Positions 36,321-49,400 of a stretch of DNA of 64,000 bases are shown here, piece after piece. The translations under genes and the position numbers were made by a program. Below the pieces are notes generated by a model, which worked only from the letters and a program-made list of their open reading frames with translations, made no database searches and was not told where the DNA came from. Positions within the stretch are counted from its first letter, which is position 1. The number at the start of each line of letters is the position of its first letter. Where the stretch lies: the NCBI RefSeq assembly GCF_018350175.1, contig NC_058369.1, forward strand, positions 930,001 to 994,000, in the 5' to 3' direction. This DNA comes from Felis catus (taxonomy: Eukaryota).

Positions 36321-36599
36321 GCTGCGGGGGGGGGCGGGGGGGGGTTGTCATGAGCAGTCCCAAAGGTGAGCCCACGTGTGCGCACGGCTGGGAACCTAGA
36401 TCACTAACCGCCCACTTTCGCGTGTCTGCTCCACCCAGGACGGCCAGAAGATTTCCTGCCCTCCTCCAGCGTTCCCACACACTCCTCTGCCTGACCCAGC
36501 AAGGAGCAGGCGCCTCCACGACCCTCACGTCTGCACTGCTGAAGGGACCGTGTCACCTAAGGATTTTTCAGAAGTGGCACCCAGGGTAGGACCCCGCAA

Positions 36600-37400
36600 A
36601 CGAACAAGATCCAACAACGTAAAAATAACTGTAAAACACCGAGACGTGCTAAAACTCTCCACCGTTAGCGAGCTATAATTAAGAGCTGCAGCCCCAGTCA
36701 CAAAAGACTGACGTCCTTCCTACGTAAAGAACTCGGGCAAATCACACAAGCAGCACAGGGCAGGGCTAAAGGAAGCTGCCAAGAGGCAGCGCTGGGTGGT
36801 TTCTCGGGACGGTTAATACACTTGGAGTTTCATCTTCCCTGTGAGGACTCGCGCAGGGTCCAGGCTTTGCGCCTGGAGCGTAGTACGCAAAAACCACCAA
36901 AGGCTGTCGTCACCAACACGTGTCATCGCTGCCGGCGTCCCGCTGGTCGGGCAACAACACAGAAGGAAGTGATGCGGCCGGCAACTTGGACGGGTCTCCG
37001 GGGAATCCCGCTCGGCCAAAAAAAAAAGCCAATCTCAGAAGGTTCCGTGCCGTACGGTTTCGCATACGTGACGTTCTCAACGGGACAAAACCGTGAGCCG
37101 GATGATGGTAAGTCAGCTGTCGCCAGTGCAGTGGGGACAGGCGGTGGGTCAACGGGCCACACGTGGGGTGAGGCGCGCAGGACCCCCCCGCACACCTGTG
37201 CAGACACGCGCGTGCACAGCACAGGAGACTGGACGACTCCGTGCGGTACCGAGGTCAGCTCCTGCACCACGGACGAGGCCGCCGCGGGGGGAGAGGGCTG
37301 CACTCAACCTCCGGGACAGGTCTTCGCAAGCTCCTGTCCATCGACGAGGACTTCAAAACAGATGATCGATTCCCGAAAGGGCTCAAGACGGTAACGGAAA
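36600..37400 (+). mobile_element. Ancient L1MC/ME-like relic in intron 3
   Basis: aaaaagccaatctcagaaggtt...gacaaaac...gtcgccagtg resembles the old L1 3' end. Confidence 0.5.
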
Positions 37401-38344
37401 ATTAATCAAGAACTCACGGCCAACACACTTTTGAGAAGTCGGCCAGCCAACCGTCTTTAATCACGTAAACGCCCACTGAAACGGCGGATTCCTGGTCGCC
37501 TACCAGGCCGGAGAGCTTTGAGGACAGTGCCGGCTGAGCGCAGGGCCCTGGACGGACGTTCTCGCCGGGAGCTCACCAGGGACACCTTCGGCAGCCAGTG
37601 CTGGCACAGCCCTCACCAGGACCTGGTGCGCAGCGTCTGTCCCGAGTGCCGGAGACCTACCCTGAGCGCGTGTTCTGTCCCCAAGCGCGCAAAGCAGCAA
37701 GCCAGGGAAGCCACGTGGGAAGGAGCTGTCCCCTGCACGGCAGCAAGCACTTCCTGACGCCCCGCGCAGCCGGGCCCCCCGTTTCTGGCGCCAGAGAGCT
37801 CTCGCCCCAGGCCTTCCCGCAAGGGGGCCAACACAAGTACTCGCCCTTTCGGCGTTTTCCCACCCGGATCCTAACCAGAAAATTCCACCTCCGGTAGGCT
37901 GTCTCCACTTCCCTCTTTTTTCCGAAACAAAGACCGCGCGGACGGACCCCCAAACACGGCTGCCGCCGGACTCCGCAACCACTCAGCTTCGACCTGAGCC
38001 ACGTTCACAGGCCTCCCACCAGGCCGGCACCACGGACCGCTTGCCACACCAGGATGAGGCGGCAGGACCGGAAGGGGCACGGGGCCGGCGCGCCACCAGC
38101 CGCTGGCAGCCCTTGCAAGCACACACCCGGGCCCCCCCCCCCCCCCCCCCCCCCCGCGCCCAACAGAGGGGGACCCGCCCCTCTCCCGGGCCTCCAGCGC
38201 CAGCAGGGAGAAGCCTCGGTGGGGGCCGGCCCCTGCCTCAGGCTCCCCGGTCCGGGCCCAGAGGGTCCCAAGACACACCCCCATCTCTGTTTACAAAGCA
38301 CTCACGCCCACAAGCTCACTGAATCATCTGGCCACAGGCAGATG

Positions 38345-38400
38345 TCCTTTTACAGATGAGGAAACTGAGTCTCAGTCATGCCACCCACCACAGGTGACAC
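38345..38400 (+). mobile_element. MIR core relic (one example; similar at ~28880, 40950, 42320, 47280, 50200, 58585, 59340, 60145, 61510)
   Basis: ttttacagatgaggaaactgag is the MIR core hallmark. Confidence 0.6.
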
Positions 38401-40011
38401 AGCACGTCCTGTGCCTGGGGCGGCAGTGAGGAATGGCCTCGAAGCTCGGGTCTTGGGGCTCCCCGTCCCACGCCCTGGTGCCCTATGCAGTGAGGACTCG
38501 GGCCGGAACAACCACAGGACATCCGTCCAGGGCAGGGGGCGGGGGGGGGGGGGGGGGAGACGGGGCAAGACCATCCCCGTCCAAAGTGGTCGGGGCAGGG
38601 CCAGAGGGCAGGCCAGCCTGGAGGCGCCCCTCGGCTTCGGGGACTCGGGGCTGCTGTCCAAGGGGACACTGAAGAGAAAAGGCAGCGGGGGCAGCGGCCT
38701 GGGGGAGGGGAAGGACGAGGGCACGTGCCTGTGCCGTGCACCTCCTCCCAGGAGGCCCCCAGGGCCTGACCGTGTACCCCCAGCAGAGAAAGGGTAGCAC
38801 GCCGGCTCCCGGGTGAGGTTTCTAGGGGGTGGGGGCGGGATGGCCTGTGGGGACTTCCGTATCCCAGAGAGGACTCTGTCCAGCCCTGCAGCCACTTCCT
38901 CAGGCAGAGGGGAAGGCCAGCACCGGCGGGGGATGGGAGGACACAGCACAACGTCCCTCCCTTCGTTGAGGGGAGTGGGGGGAGGCTGAGCACAAACCAC
39001 CCTTGAAAACCCCCTCCTCCAGCCAAAGCACACGGGATGCCCCGACGGAATTCACGGACGACTCCAAGAAAGAATCTTCTATTCCAAATCCCAGAGTCAC
39101 AGAAAGACACAGTCCCGATCCTGAGACCCCAGAAAGATGGCCAAGTTGCCCAAGTCCTCTCATCTCCCTGAAGGGCTCCCCCAAATCCCACCAAACAGGG
39201 TAGACTCCTCAACGTGCACAAGGCATCACTCTCTGCCCAGAGCCCTCCACGGCTCCCACCTCCTAGGCAAAAGCCCAAGTCCTCCCGGAGACCCCAAAGG
39301 CCCTGAACAACCTGCACCAGCCCCTTCTCTCTTCCTCTAACACGTCAACCCAGATCCTGCCCCAGGACCTTTGCAAGAGCTGTACCCTCTGCCTTGAACC
39401 CTTTGGTCTCCACTCAAACATCACCTCCTTAGAGACTGTCCCCGACCACCTTGGCTTTGAGACAGTGTCCTCCCTGACGCCTCCTGTGTGTTCCTTGAGC
39501 AGAAAAGAACCGTCTGTCCCTCCCCCCAACCACGTCAGGGGCCTTCAGTGCCCGGGGAGGGTAACCCATTCATCCAGGTTTGCCAAAGACCTAGTTTGAA
39601 CGCTCAAAATCCCCAATCCCGGGAACACCCCTGGGTCCTCGGCAGGATGGCTGGTCACCCACCCCAGTGTCAGATCCTGTATACGAGAGACTCGCAGCAC
39701 AAGCTTGGAAAAGAACAGCCAGAAGCTGGGCCTTTCTCCGGACTCACAAGGTGAGCAAGAGTTAGCACAACCCAGATTCCGTGTCTCGTATCTTCTGGAC
39801 CTCAGTTTCCCCCTTCAACTGGAGACCCAAGGCCCGCTGAGGCCACGGGGACCTGGGAGGCTCCAGTCCTCACCTCACGTGTGCCCCACTGTAACACAGC
39901 CCCCCCCCCCAGCGGCCCGCCCCCAAACACCTCCTCCTCTGGTTCTGAGTCTGAGAGTGCCTCTGGTCCCGCACCCCCGCCCTGTGCCGCCCCGAGGCAG
40001 CGGAGTCCTAC

Positions 40012-40084
40012 CTGAGCCTCCAAACTGGGCACCAGCCAGGGGGGTGGGCCGGCCCTTGCCGTTGGCCCCTGGCAACGGGAACAT
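40012..40084 (-). CDS. TCF3: TCF3 exon 3
   Basis: MFPLPGANGKGRPTPLAGAQFGGS; 73 nt. Confidence 0.96.
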
Positions 40085-40320
40085 CTGTGGGGAGAGAGAG
40101 AGAAGTGAGTGTGGGGGCTGGGCCGTCCACGGGAGACCCCAGGGGAGAGAAGGCAGAAGGCCCACACTGCACGCAGAAAAGGCCCTTCCAGCAAAGCCCG
40201 AAGGCACAGCCCGTGCCAGTGATGGAGATCTGGTAGGGTTTCAAAGCTGTCAGGGCGCCCGGCGGGGGGAGCACACGCCTCGATTCGGGGTTGGGAGTTT
40301 ACTTAAAAGATGACCGTCAA

Positions 40321-40481
40321 AGGGCGCCTGGGTGGCGCAGTCGGTTAAGCGTCCGACTTCAGCCAGGTCACGATCTCGCGGTCCGTGAGTTCGAGCCCCG
40401 CGTCGGGCTCTGGGCTGACGGCTCAGAGCCTGGAGCCCGTTTCCGATTCTGTGTCTCCCTCTCTCTCTGCCCCTCCCCTGT
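40321..40481 (+). mobile_element. Young SINEC_Fc-like element, tail lost in N gap
   Basis: gggcgcctgggtggcgcagtcggttaagcgtccgacttcagccaggtcacgatc... Confidence 0.92.
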
Positions 40482-43400
40482 NNNNNNNNNNNNNNNNNNN
40501 NNNNNNNNNNNNNNNNNNNNNNNNNNNNNNNNNNNNNNNNNNNNNNNNNNNNNNNNNNNNNNNNNNNNNNNNNNNNNNNNNNNNNNNNNNNNNNNNNNNN
40601 NNNNNNNNNNNNNNNNNNNCTCTGCTGTCTATGCAGTTTGTTTTGGGGCCGGAGTCACCGATCTCCACACTTAAAATGGTTTATCTGCCCTTAGAAACGA
40701 CACCAAGTTTTCCTTAGGTTTCCTCCTGAGGGAGCCGGATCATTCACACTCCACGAGCGTGGGGGCAGCGAGGCACAGGGGAGCTCAGGCCTTCCCCGAG
40801 GCTGGAAGCACCTCCCATGTGCCCCTGACCCTAAGCAGCACGCAGCCCGGCCACTGGGCGGGAGGAGGGTGGCCTGGGCCAAGTGTCCCCCACATGCCAG
40901 ATTCTGCACTCAGTGGCTACCCGGGGCCCTCATCACCAGCCTAGGCATCAAGGGAAACTGAGGCCCGAAAGGACAGGAAGCTGGAGGGATGTGGGAAAGG
41001 CTGCAGCACCCCCCCGACAGGTGACTGAGCGGTTCTCCCCAGCGCCTCCGGCCCCTACCCCACCCCCACCCCCGTTTACCCGATCGGCGTTAAGTCCCTG
41101 GAGATTAAACAGCTTAGCAAGATGAGCCAGGAAAACCCAACATCAACAAACCCCTTTGCCACACAAAAACAAAACCTGTCCCATCCCTGCACCGAGTCTA
41201 GGTTCTCTAGATTCCACCTAGGGCCCGAGTGATCACGAGTGGGTGGACTCAGGGCCAGGGGCTCATCGGGGACCTGCTGATGCTCCCACCTCCCACCTCC
41301 CACCCCACCCCACCCACCAGGGGGTCAGGGCAGGGGGCCTGCGGGCAGGACTCTCAGGCCAGCACAGCAAGCCTGGGGAGGGCCCCGGTAAGTGGGGTCC
41401 TGTCCCCACGCCCCATTCTACAGGAGGGAAACGGAGGCCACGTGCTCACCTGGCCCCGGCGGGCGCAGGAGCAGAGCCTCATGGGAGGCGTGGAGCCTGG
41501 CGTGGAGCCTGGCGGGAAGCAGGTTCTCAGTGGGTCTGCGCCCCCTCCTGGGGGCGTGGCTGTGCTCATTCAACTGGCCCAGCCTCCCCAGGGCCCTGTT
41601 CTCCCGGAAAAGGCCCTGTCCCACTGGGTAAACTGAGGCCTGCAAGGAGAGATGGGTTGGCCTGAGCCAGGACCGGAAGTCACCAAGCCCCTGGGAGAAC
41701 GGGGGCCCCACGCCAAGTGTCTGGTTTGTCCTCTAGGGTACCAGGGGCTCCGCGGATGTGGCACTTGCCACCGGGGCACTGACAAGGCCCCTCGTACCCT
41801 GCAGCCTGCCTTCTCTTCCGTGAAATGGGCTCAGGGCCCTGAGCACGTGGGAGGCGGAAACCCCATCACACGAGGGCACCGTGGGCGCACGGGAGCCTCT
41901 GCCAGCGCTACCTCCCTCCGGGCTACCGAGCCGCGTCACCGGACGAGCGATGCCCACGGCACGGCCCCGGACCCTCATCGGCCTGCTCGGGGAGCGCCCG
42001 CTGTAACACCGTGGCTCCCACCTTCCTTCCTCCCCTTCTGACGGCCGCCTCTCCCACCACTTCCCGTGACCCGGCCCCGGCGAGCCTTCCCCTTGGAGGT
42101 CTTCTCTTCCAGTCTGAACCCGGCTATTTTAAAAAATGTAAATCAGCTCAGTTTCTCGGAGGCAGGCGGGAGGGGGCAGCTCCAGATGGACAGAAGGGGA
42201 GGTGGGAGATGAGCCGGGGAGCGGCCTCCGTGCTCTGGCCAGGCCTCCCTCCCTGCAACAGCACGGACGGTGCATGGAAATCCAGCTCCCGGGTCCCTCC
42301 GGGGGAGGCACAGAACACCTTAACCCTCAGTCTCAATTTCCTCACCTGCGAAATGGGTTGTGAGCTGGAAACACGTGTGCGCGCGAGATGTTTGGACCCG
42401 CCAAGCACAAGGGGCAGGGGAACCAGGGGCTCAGGGCTCCTGGACAGATGAGGCGAAGGGGCCAGGTCTGAACCCATGCCCACCCCCACCCCAGCCTGTT
42501 CCAGCCCAATAGTCTGTGACTTGTCAGTTTAACAAAAAAAAAAAAAAAGAAAAGAAAAAAACTGAACCGCACTCCAGGTTACTCAGCCGGGAAAGCAAAA
42601 ATAAAACGGGGCTTAAAAATGGCTCACAAATACCAGTACGGCCCTTCCGGAGCTGTGGCCCCTCTGTCCCGTGGGCTGTGTTTTTCCACAGGATGGCTGG
42701 TGTCGTTTCGGTTTGGGGACTTTTGTTTTCGACAGGCCTCGGTGGCCGGGGCCTCGTACCGGCAGAAGAGTGAATTCACACTGAAAGCACCCTCCCCCCA
42801 CGTTTCAAATCGGTCTAGCGCTTGCCTGGGAGGTGCGGGAGCGGGACAGAGGAATCGTGCGCGCACACGCACGGTGCGGAGTTTCTGAAGAAAACGCTGG
42901 CCACCCCGACACTCGGGACAGGTGGCCCACGGCACAGATGGGCAAACGGAGCCCCCTGGTCCTTCACGAGGCGCCCCGGCTCCAGTCACCGAGGGAGCTC
43001 TGGCTCCCAGCCTCACCGGGCCCTGCTGAGCTGTGTGACGTCGGGAAGCCAGCACCCCTGGGAAACTCCGTCCGGCCAGGCAGGACACAGGCGTTCCGGG
43101 AAGCATGAGGGAGACCGCCACCCGGGCCTGCCTCCCTGTGACAGCCAGGACAGCAGTGACAGCAGCAGCTCCTGCTACCCTGGGATGCCCACACTCTCCA
43201 GACCTCTGCCTGCCTGCCCGCTGCTCCCCTCCCGACCGACCATCGCACGAGCCGCCACGCGGATGAGTAACCGAGGTCTTAGACCTCCAACACCCGTGTC
43301 CCTGCCTCACTCGAAAGGGCCCCCACACCCGTCACCTGGTGCTAGGCACCTTTTTCTTTTTGCGTCCACGCTGGAATAAATAACCCTGATCGCACCCATT

Positions 43401-43617
43401 TTCCAGATCAGAAGACCAAGGCCGCTGCTTACCCACAACCAATGCACCCCAATTCCCCCAACCAGCCCCCCACCAGACCCCTCCGCCCAACCAACGTCCA
43501 GGCTCGGCTCTTGACTGCTGGGGTACTTCTGGCGGAAGCTTCTTTCCCAGGAACCCTGGGTGCGCAGACCCACACTGAGGCAGAGGAGGCACCCAGGAAG
43601 GCAGGGCCCTGGCTTAC

Positions 43618-43689
43618 CATGCTGAAATCCAGAAGATCACTGAGCTCCTTGTCCGTGCCCACGGGTGCCATCCTCTGTGGCTGGTTCAT
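43618..43689 (-). CDS. TCF3: TCF3 exon 2 CDS with start codon and AD1 LxxLL motif (exon begins ~43749)
   Basis: [24 protein letters not shown]; donor |gtaagc; acceptor ctctgctctcgtag| at 43750/43749. Confidence 0.98.
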
Positions 43690-44499
43690 TCTCCAGTGGC
43701 AACGGCGGGCTCAGGGGGCAGGATGGGCACCTCGGCCCTAGAGATGGCCCTACGAGAGCAGAGGAGACAGACACACAGAAAAACAGAGAAAAAGAAGAGG
43801 TCTGAGTGACCAAAACAAGGGCAGACAGATGGGGAACGGGGAGCTATTTAAAAAGCCCTTCCTCTAAAGGCCCCGAGGGCTTGGGTCTTCCCAGAAGGAG
43901 CCCCTTCACGACCCTGGGGGTGGGGGCAGGGCAGGCAGGACTGGGTTTGGGCCCCTGGAGACCTCTCCCCAGAGCCCTCAGGGAGTCTGAAGGATGATGG
44001 GGGTGGGGGTCGGGAACCTGCAAACACACACTCCCTAAACTCCCTCCAAGACCACCAGGGAATCAGATTGCAAATTTTAAACTGGATGCAGGGTGGGAGT
44101 GGTCCCTTCCCCAGTAGGCCAGAACCCGCCCCTCTCCCCACCTCTCTCCTTTCCAACCCCACCCCCCCACAGGCTTCCCCACCGCCTCTCTCCCACACCC
44201 ACCAGGGAAGGGGGTGGGGGGCCCAGGCTGCATCCCAGGGGAAATCTTGTGACCCCCCCCCCCACGAGCAGCTGTCACAGCGTGCTGAAAACCAGGTTAC
44301 CCCAAACTCAAGAGCAAAAAGAACTCTCGAACAAAAAAAAAGACAAGGGAGTTTGGTGGGGTGCCCTGTGCAGAGACCTACCTACGAAGCTTCCCTCCAC
44401 CCTTAACTTCCTACCCCCACACAGAAAAACAACAGAACTCAAAAAAAGAGAAAAAAAAAAAAAAAACAATCCTAGGTTGTTTTATTGTCACGACGTATC

Positions 44500-46450
44500 C
44501 GGGAATTATTTTTAAGCAACTTTGAAAACATCCCTTGCCTCCCGCTGGAGGAGGGTGGAGAGGGGGTCCCCCAAACCAGGGTTTCCCCCGCACGGTCCCA
44601 GGGGCCTCCGCTCTACAACGGGGGTGGAGAGTCACCTGCCTGGCCCCATCCCCCCCAGAGAAGGGAACGGAATATGTCTCCGTCGTCCCGCGGACAGAGC
44701 GCGGGGCCCCTCCGGCTTCGGTGCCGAGCTCCCAGGCTGGGGGCGGCCCCACGGAAACCACGGAGGCTGCGGGGGAGAGGGGGTTCCAAGGTCGAGGGAG
44801 ACCCAACTCCAGGAGCGGAGGAACCCCCGCTTTGTTTGCCAACCAGGGGCGAGGTGTGAAACGGCCGCCCCGGCGCACCCCCTCCCCCAAGTCCTCCCTC
44901 TCTCGCAGGGCGTGTGAAACTGACTTTGTTGAGGAGTACGAAACCGCACTTTTTTGTGGGGTGGTTGAAACCGATTTCAGGGCCGACCCGGGGGAGGGGG
45001 GGCACTGGAAACTTGTGGGGTGTCGCCGGACCTCGGGGGGCTGGAAACGGGCTCGGGGCGCAGAGGGCCCGGCCGCCGGCCCCAGGGGGAGGCCCCCGCG
45101 CCCGCGCGCCCCGCCCCGCCCCCACCCCCCCGCCGCGGCCGGTGCAGGCGCGCGGCCCGGGGGCCTTTGAAGCCGGGCCGCCGCCGCCGCCGCCCCGGGC
45201 CGCGCTAACGCGGAGCAGATGTTCGCGGCCCCCGCCCCCCCCCGCCCGGCCCGGCCCGGCCCTCAACCTGCGCCCGCGGGCCGCGCCGCCGCACCTTCCC
45301 CGCCAGACAAAAGGCCGCCCCCCCGCCCCCCACCAACTCCGGCGCCGGCGGAGGGGGCCCCGCCGCGGCCCCGCCCGCCGCGCCGCAAACTTTCGCCAAG
45401 TGCGGCCCGGCGGGCGGGGGGCGCGCCGCCGAAAGTTGGAGAACAATGACGCCCGGCCCGCGGCGCGGCGGGGGCGAACTCCCGGACGGCGCCCCCGCCC
45501 CAACTTCCCCGGGCCCGCGGCGGCGGCGGCTGGGGGGGGGGCGGCGGGGGCGGGGGGGGGCGACCAACTTCGCACAAAGCCACGGGGCCCGCAGTCCCGG
45601 CGTGCTCACCTGCTCGGCGCTGCCCGGCCCGCAGTGCGCGGGGGGCGGCGGCATGAACGGCCCCCCCGGACAAAGGGGCGTCGCGCCGGGCCCCCGAGGG
45701 TCGCGCGTGGGCGGCGGCAGCGGCGCGCGTGGCCCGGCCCTCCCCGCGGCCCGCCCCGAGGGGCCCGTGCGCGGCCGGGACGCTGGCGGGGGCGGCGTGT
45801 GAGGAGCTCGCGGTGCCCGCCGCCCGCGTCGCTGGGCTCGGTCCGGCCCGCTACGCTCGCGGCCGCCGCCGCTGCCTCATCTTCCTGCGGCGGGAGACAT
45901 GTTCCGCCCCCCGCCCCGCGCGCTGCCCCGCCCCCGCCAGGCCCCGCCCGCGCCCCGCCCCGCGCCCCGCCCGGCGTCGCCGCGGATCCCTCCGCCGCCG
46001 CCGCCGCCCGCTCGGCCCGCGCCGGTCTCCGCGGCTCGCCTTCCAGCGCGCCCGCGGCGGCGGCTGGGGCTCGTGAGGCCCGGGCTCTAGGAGCAGGGGC
46101 GCCCGGCCGGGCCTCCAGCAAAAGGCTCGGGGAGGGGGCCGGGACTATCTTCCAGCGCGGAGGCGCACGCAGGATGGAACACAGCCGTGACGCAAGTGGG
46201 AGGGGACCGTGAGATGGAAAGATAAAACACGGCAGCAGTGGCCAATCGGAGGGCGCGAAACCGTGATTGGCGGGCTCGTCGGCCATTTCTGGGGCTGCCC
46301 CGCCCCCTGTCCCGCCTCCGCGGCGTCTAGCGAAGAAGGAGGTGGGACTCTCGGAGCGTTAGGCCTAGAGAACCGGTGGGGGGGGGGGTGTGGGTTTTGG
46401 GGTTTTATTTGTCAGGTTTGCTTTGCCGCCCGCGCGGCCTCTTGGGCTGG
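44500..46450. promoter_or_regulatory. TCF3 CpG-island promoter
   Basis: GC boxes; GTGACGCA ~46187; CCAAT ~46242 and ATTGG ~46266; GGCGCGAAA (E2F) 46252-46260; GCCATTT (YY1-like) ~46282. Confidence 0.85.
45610..45900 (-). other. TCF3: TCF3 non-coding exon 1 (5' boundary uncertain)
   Basis: Donor GCAG|GTGAGC at 45610/45609 inside the CpG island, downstream of the promoter motifs. Confidence 0.7.
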
Positions 46451-49400
46451 GTCGTGTCTCAGTTCCTAGGGCTGGCCCCTGGTGCTGGCTGTTGAGAGCG
46501 GGCATCCATGATCGGGGGACAGGATTTGGACCCATTTTGTTGGTAGAGCAATGGAAGCCAGCTCTGTTTCAGGGTCAGAGAGGCCCACAGGGAACCCGCA
46601 CTGTGCGTGCCTCTGACTTGCTGGTTGCTTTGGCCTACCTGATTCTCAAGTTTGCTCATCTGTGAAACGGAATCTGGACGCAAGCCTTTTGGTTCTCAGC
46701 GGGCTGTGTGTCTTCTGGGGTCTGAAACTCTTCCCGCCTCCAGGGGCAATTCAGCCCCTTCAGAAAGGGGATAAAATTATAAATGAAAATATGACAAGCT
46801 CTTGTGACTTCCTGGGTCCCCAGAAAGCCACATTCCCTTCCAGGCCCGGGAAGAAGCCATCATCCTCCTGGCCCACTGGGCTCTCGCCACCAGGGGCCTC
46901 TTTGCTGGTTTGGAAGCTGCCAGACTCCTTTTCATCTCCGGGCAGGCCTCGTTGTCCTTGTCCTGCCCTCTGTCTGGCATGTTTTTCCACTCACACCTGG
47001 AAACCCCAAATCACCACAGTTCAGTGCTGCTCCCGGCCCAGGAAGAAAAGAGGGGGTCCAGGGTGAGGAGTGAGTGGAGGGCTCAGGGGCCTCCTAGTAA
47101 AGGCACAGGCCCCTCACGCTGCACCCCAAGTAGGCTGACCCTGATCCTTTCTAGCTCAGAGAAGCTCCCTGTGCCGCACGCCTGGAGAGGGAGGTGTGGG
47201 TCTTGGGGTCTGGGTTCGAATTCCTCATTCCTTCCCGCCTCACTGTGACCTTGCGCAAATTCTTGACCCTCTCTGGGCCTCAGTTTCCCCCTCAGGAAAA
47301 TGGAAGGCACAGCGATGGGTACAGAGTCGGGGCCCACAGCTTGTGTCCGCATCCCTCAGCCTCTCCCCCCTGGCGGGCCCGCGTCTGTGGCAGGGCAGTG
47401 GCCCCCTCAGTCCCCAGCTGTTCCGTGCGGCCCGACTCTGACCCCATGGGCCTATTCCTGCTCCGGCATCCCCCCAGCCCGGGGAGTTTCTTGAGGGCCA
47501 GGCTGGGGCCAAGGCCTCTCAGGGTCCCAGCCTCACTCAGCGTACATCAGTTCCCCCTTGCCCGAGAACGCTCAGGGTCTAACCCTTAGCATCGGGGTTA
47601 AGGTTCCTGGAGTGGCCCTCAACGCACTCACTGGAGGTGGGGGGGAAGATCCATTCGTGGACCATGCAATTATCGAGCACCAACTGGGTGCCTTTCTTGG
47701 TGCCGGGCATTGGGCCACAGCGGTGGCTGTGCCCTGCCCAGCACCTGCCCTCCAAGGCAAGATGGGCCATCAGAGGTCCTCCTTTGGTTCCAAATGTGGC
47801 TCTTTCCATCCATATGTTTGGCCGTCAGGTCCTCATGCCTGAGAGATTAAACCCATTGTACAGATGAGGATAGCAAGGCTTAGAAAGCTCCTCCCTGGGG
47901 CCTGGTCCACCCTGGGGCTCACACCTGCCAGGAGGCCCTCCCGGCACCCACAAGCCACCATTGTCCTCCCTGGGGAGGCCCAGCATGGGCTGAGTCACTG
48001 GGTGGAGCAGTCCACAGGGGCCCCCCACGCTGCCACCTCTGCCCAGCCCCGAGGCCTGGGTGAGCCCTGCAAGGCCTTGGCATGAGGACAGGCAGCGGGT
48101 GGCTGGTGCCAGGGGCCCCTTGAGGCCGGCCCACAGCCCGCCCACCCCTGCCTGCCTGCCTGTGGCCTTTGTGCTCCTCTGGGTGCTCGCCTGCTGGGCC
48201 TGGGCAGGCTGGAGCCGGAGCCCTGCCTCCCCACCTGCTTCCTCCTTCCACCCAAGCCACACCCCAGGCCGGGGACCCCACATTGAGGGAGATAACCCTA
48301 TTTCTGGTTGGCAAAACTAATGCCAAGAACAGATTGTCACCAGCGAGTGGGGGGATAAGGGACAGAACATAGGCATGGTGGTGGAGACTTCCGGAAGAGA
48401 CACAGAAGGCATACAAGCCACGGTTGTCCACAGAGAGAATGTAATTGACTTTAGGACTTTGGGGGCATCCTCCCGACATGTGTTTTCATTTGTCTCCAAA
48501 GTGGGTACCTTCTCTTGGGGTGTGAGCAGACCCCACCCCACCCCCCCCGCCACCACTCCTCCCTGCTGTTCAGAAGCCCTGGCAGGATGGAGGGGCACTG
48601 CCACTTAAGCCAGACCCCCGGCCCAGTCACCGTCCCCAGCGCACACTCGCACAGGGGTGATGACGGCCACAGAGGCTGGGGGCTTCTTCGTCCATTCAGG
48701 CCCCTACAGAGGGTCCTGACCCAGGCACGTCCACAGGCTCGCCGCGACGCCCCTCCCCCGGGGACCTGGGTCAGGGTTCCTTCCTTCCATCCTTCGTGCA
48801 TTCTCCCTGGCTTTGGGAGGGAGGTTGGCTTCCATAGGGCCCGATGGTTGGGCCTGGGGTTGGGGGTCTCCCTGGATATACCTCCCTGGAGGTAGGCAGG
48901 AGGAAGGAGCCGCTGGCTATGCGGGATGTAAAGGGGGGGGGGGCGGGGATATAGCTCTAGCCCCTCCCCAGGCAGGACTAATCTGACTCTGGAAGCTGTA
49001 AGGTCAAGGAAGGGAGGGGACCCAGTGACCTGCCCAGCCCCTCTTGGGGAGCTGGGAAGCGGCTGAGAGCGGCCAGCCCCCCAGCCTCATGCCTCCCATT
49101 GCCAGGTGTCGGTAAATATCCAGAAGGGGCTCTTTATGTGCCCCACAGGCCCCTGACCTCCCCGGGGTGTGTCCCCGGGGCAGTGACACTTGGGTGTGAC
49201 CACAAGGATGAGGAAGAGTCAGTGGGGGAACTGCAGGGGCAGAGGCTGGGCTGGGAGACGGGGCCGTGTGTCCTGTCTGTGAGGAGCCCTCCAGGCCCAC
49301 GGGACCTAAGCCCAGAGAAATGGAAACCAAAGGAACTAAGGCCAGAGAGGGGTCGGGCCTTAACGGTGAGGGCACTAGAGAGCCATGGCAGGGATTTGAG

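Noticed and set aside
38130-38560. Poly-C run and poly-G run ~400 bp apart that could pair in pre-mRNA
   Set aside because: Such homopolymers are common throughout the window and error-prone in assembly; no specific evidence of function.
44535-46286. ORFs of 432, 320 and 226 aa over the TCF3 promoter
   Set aside because: CpG-island artefacts.
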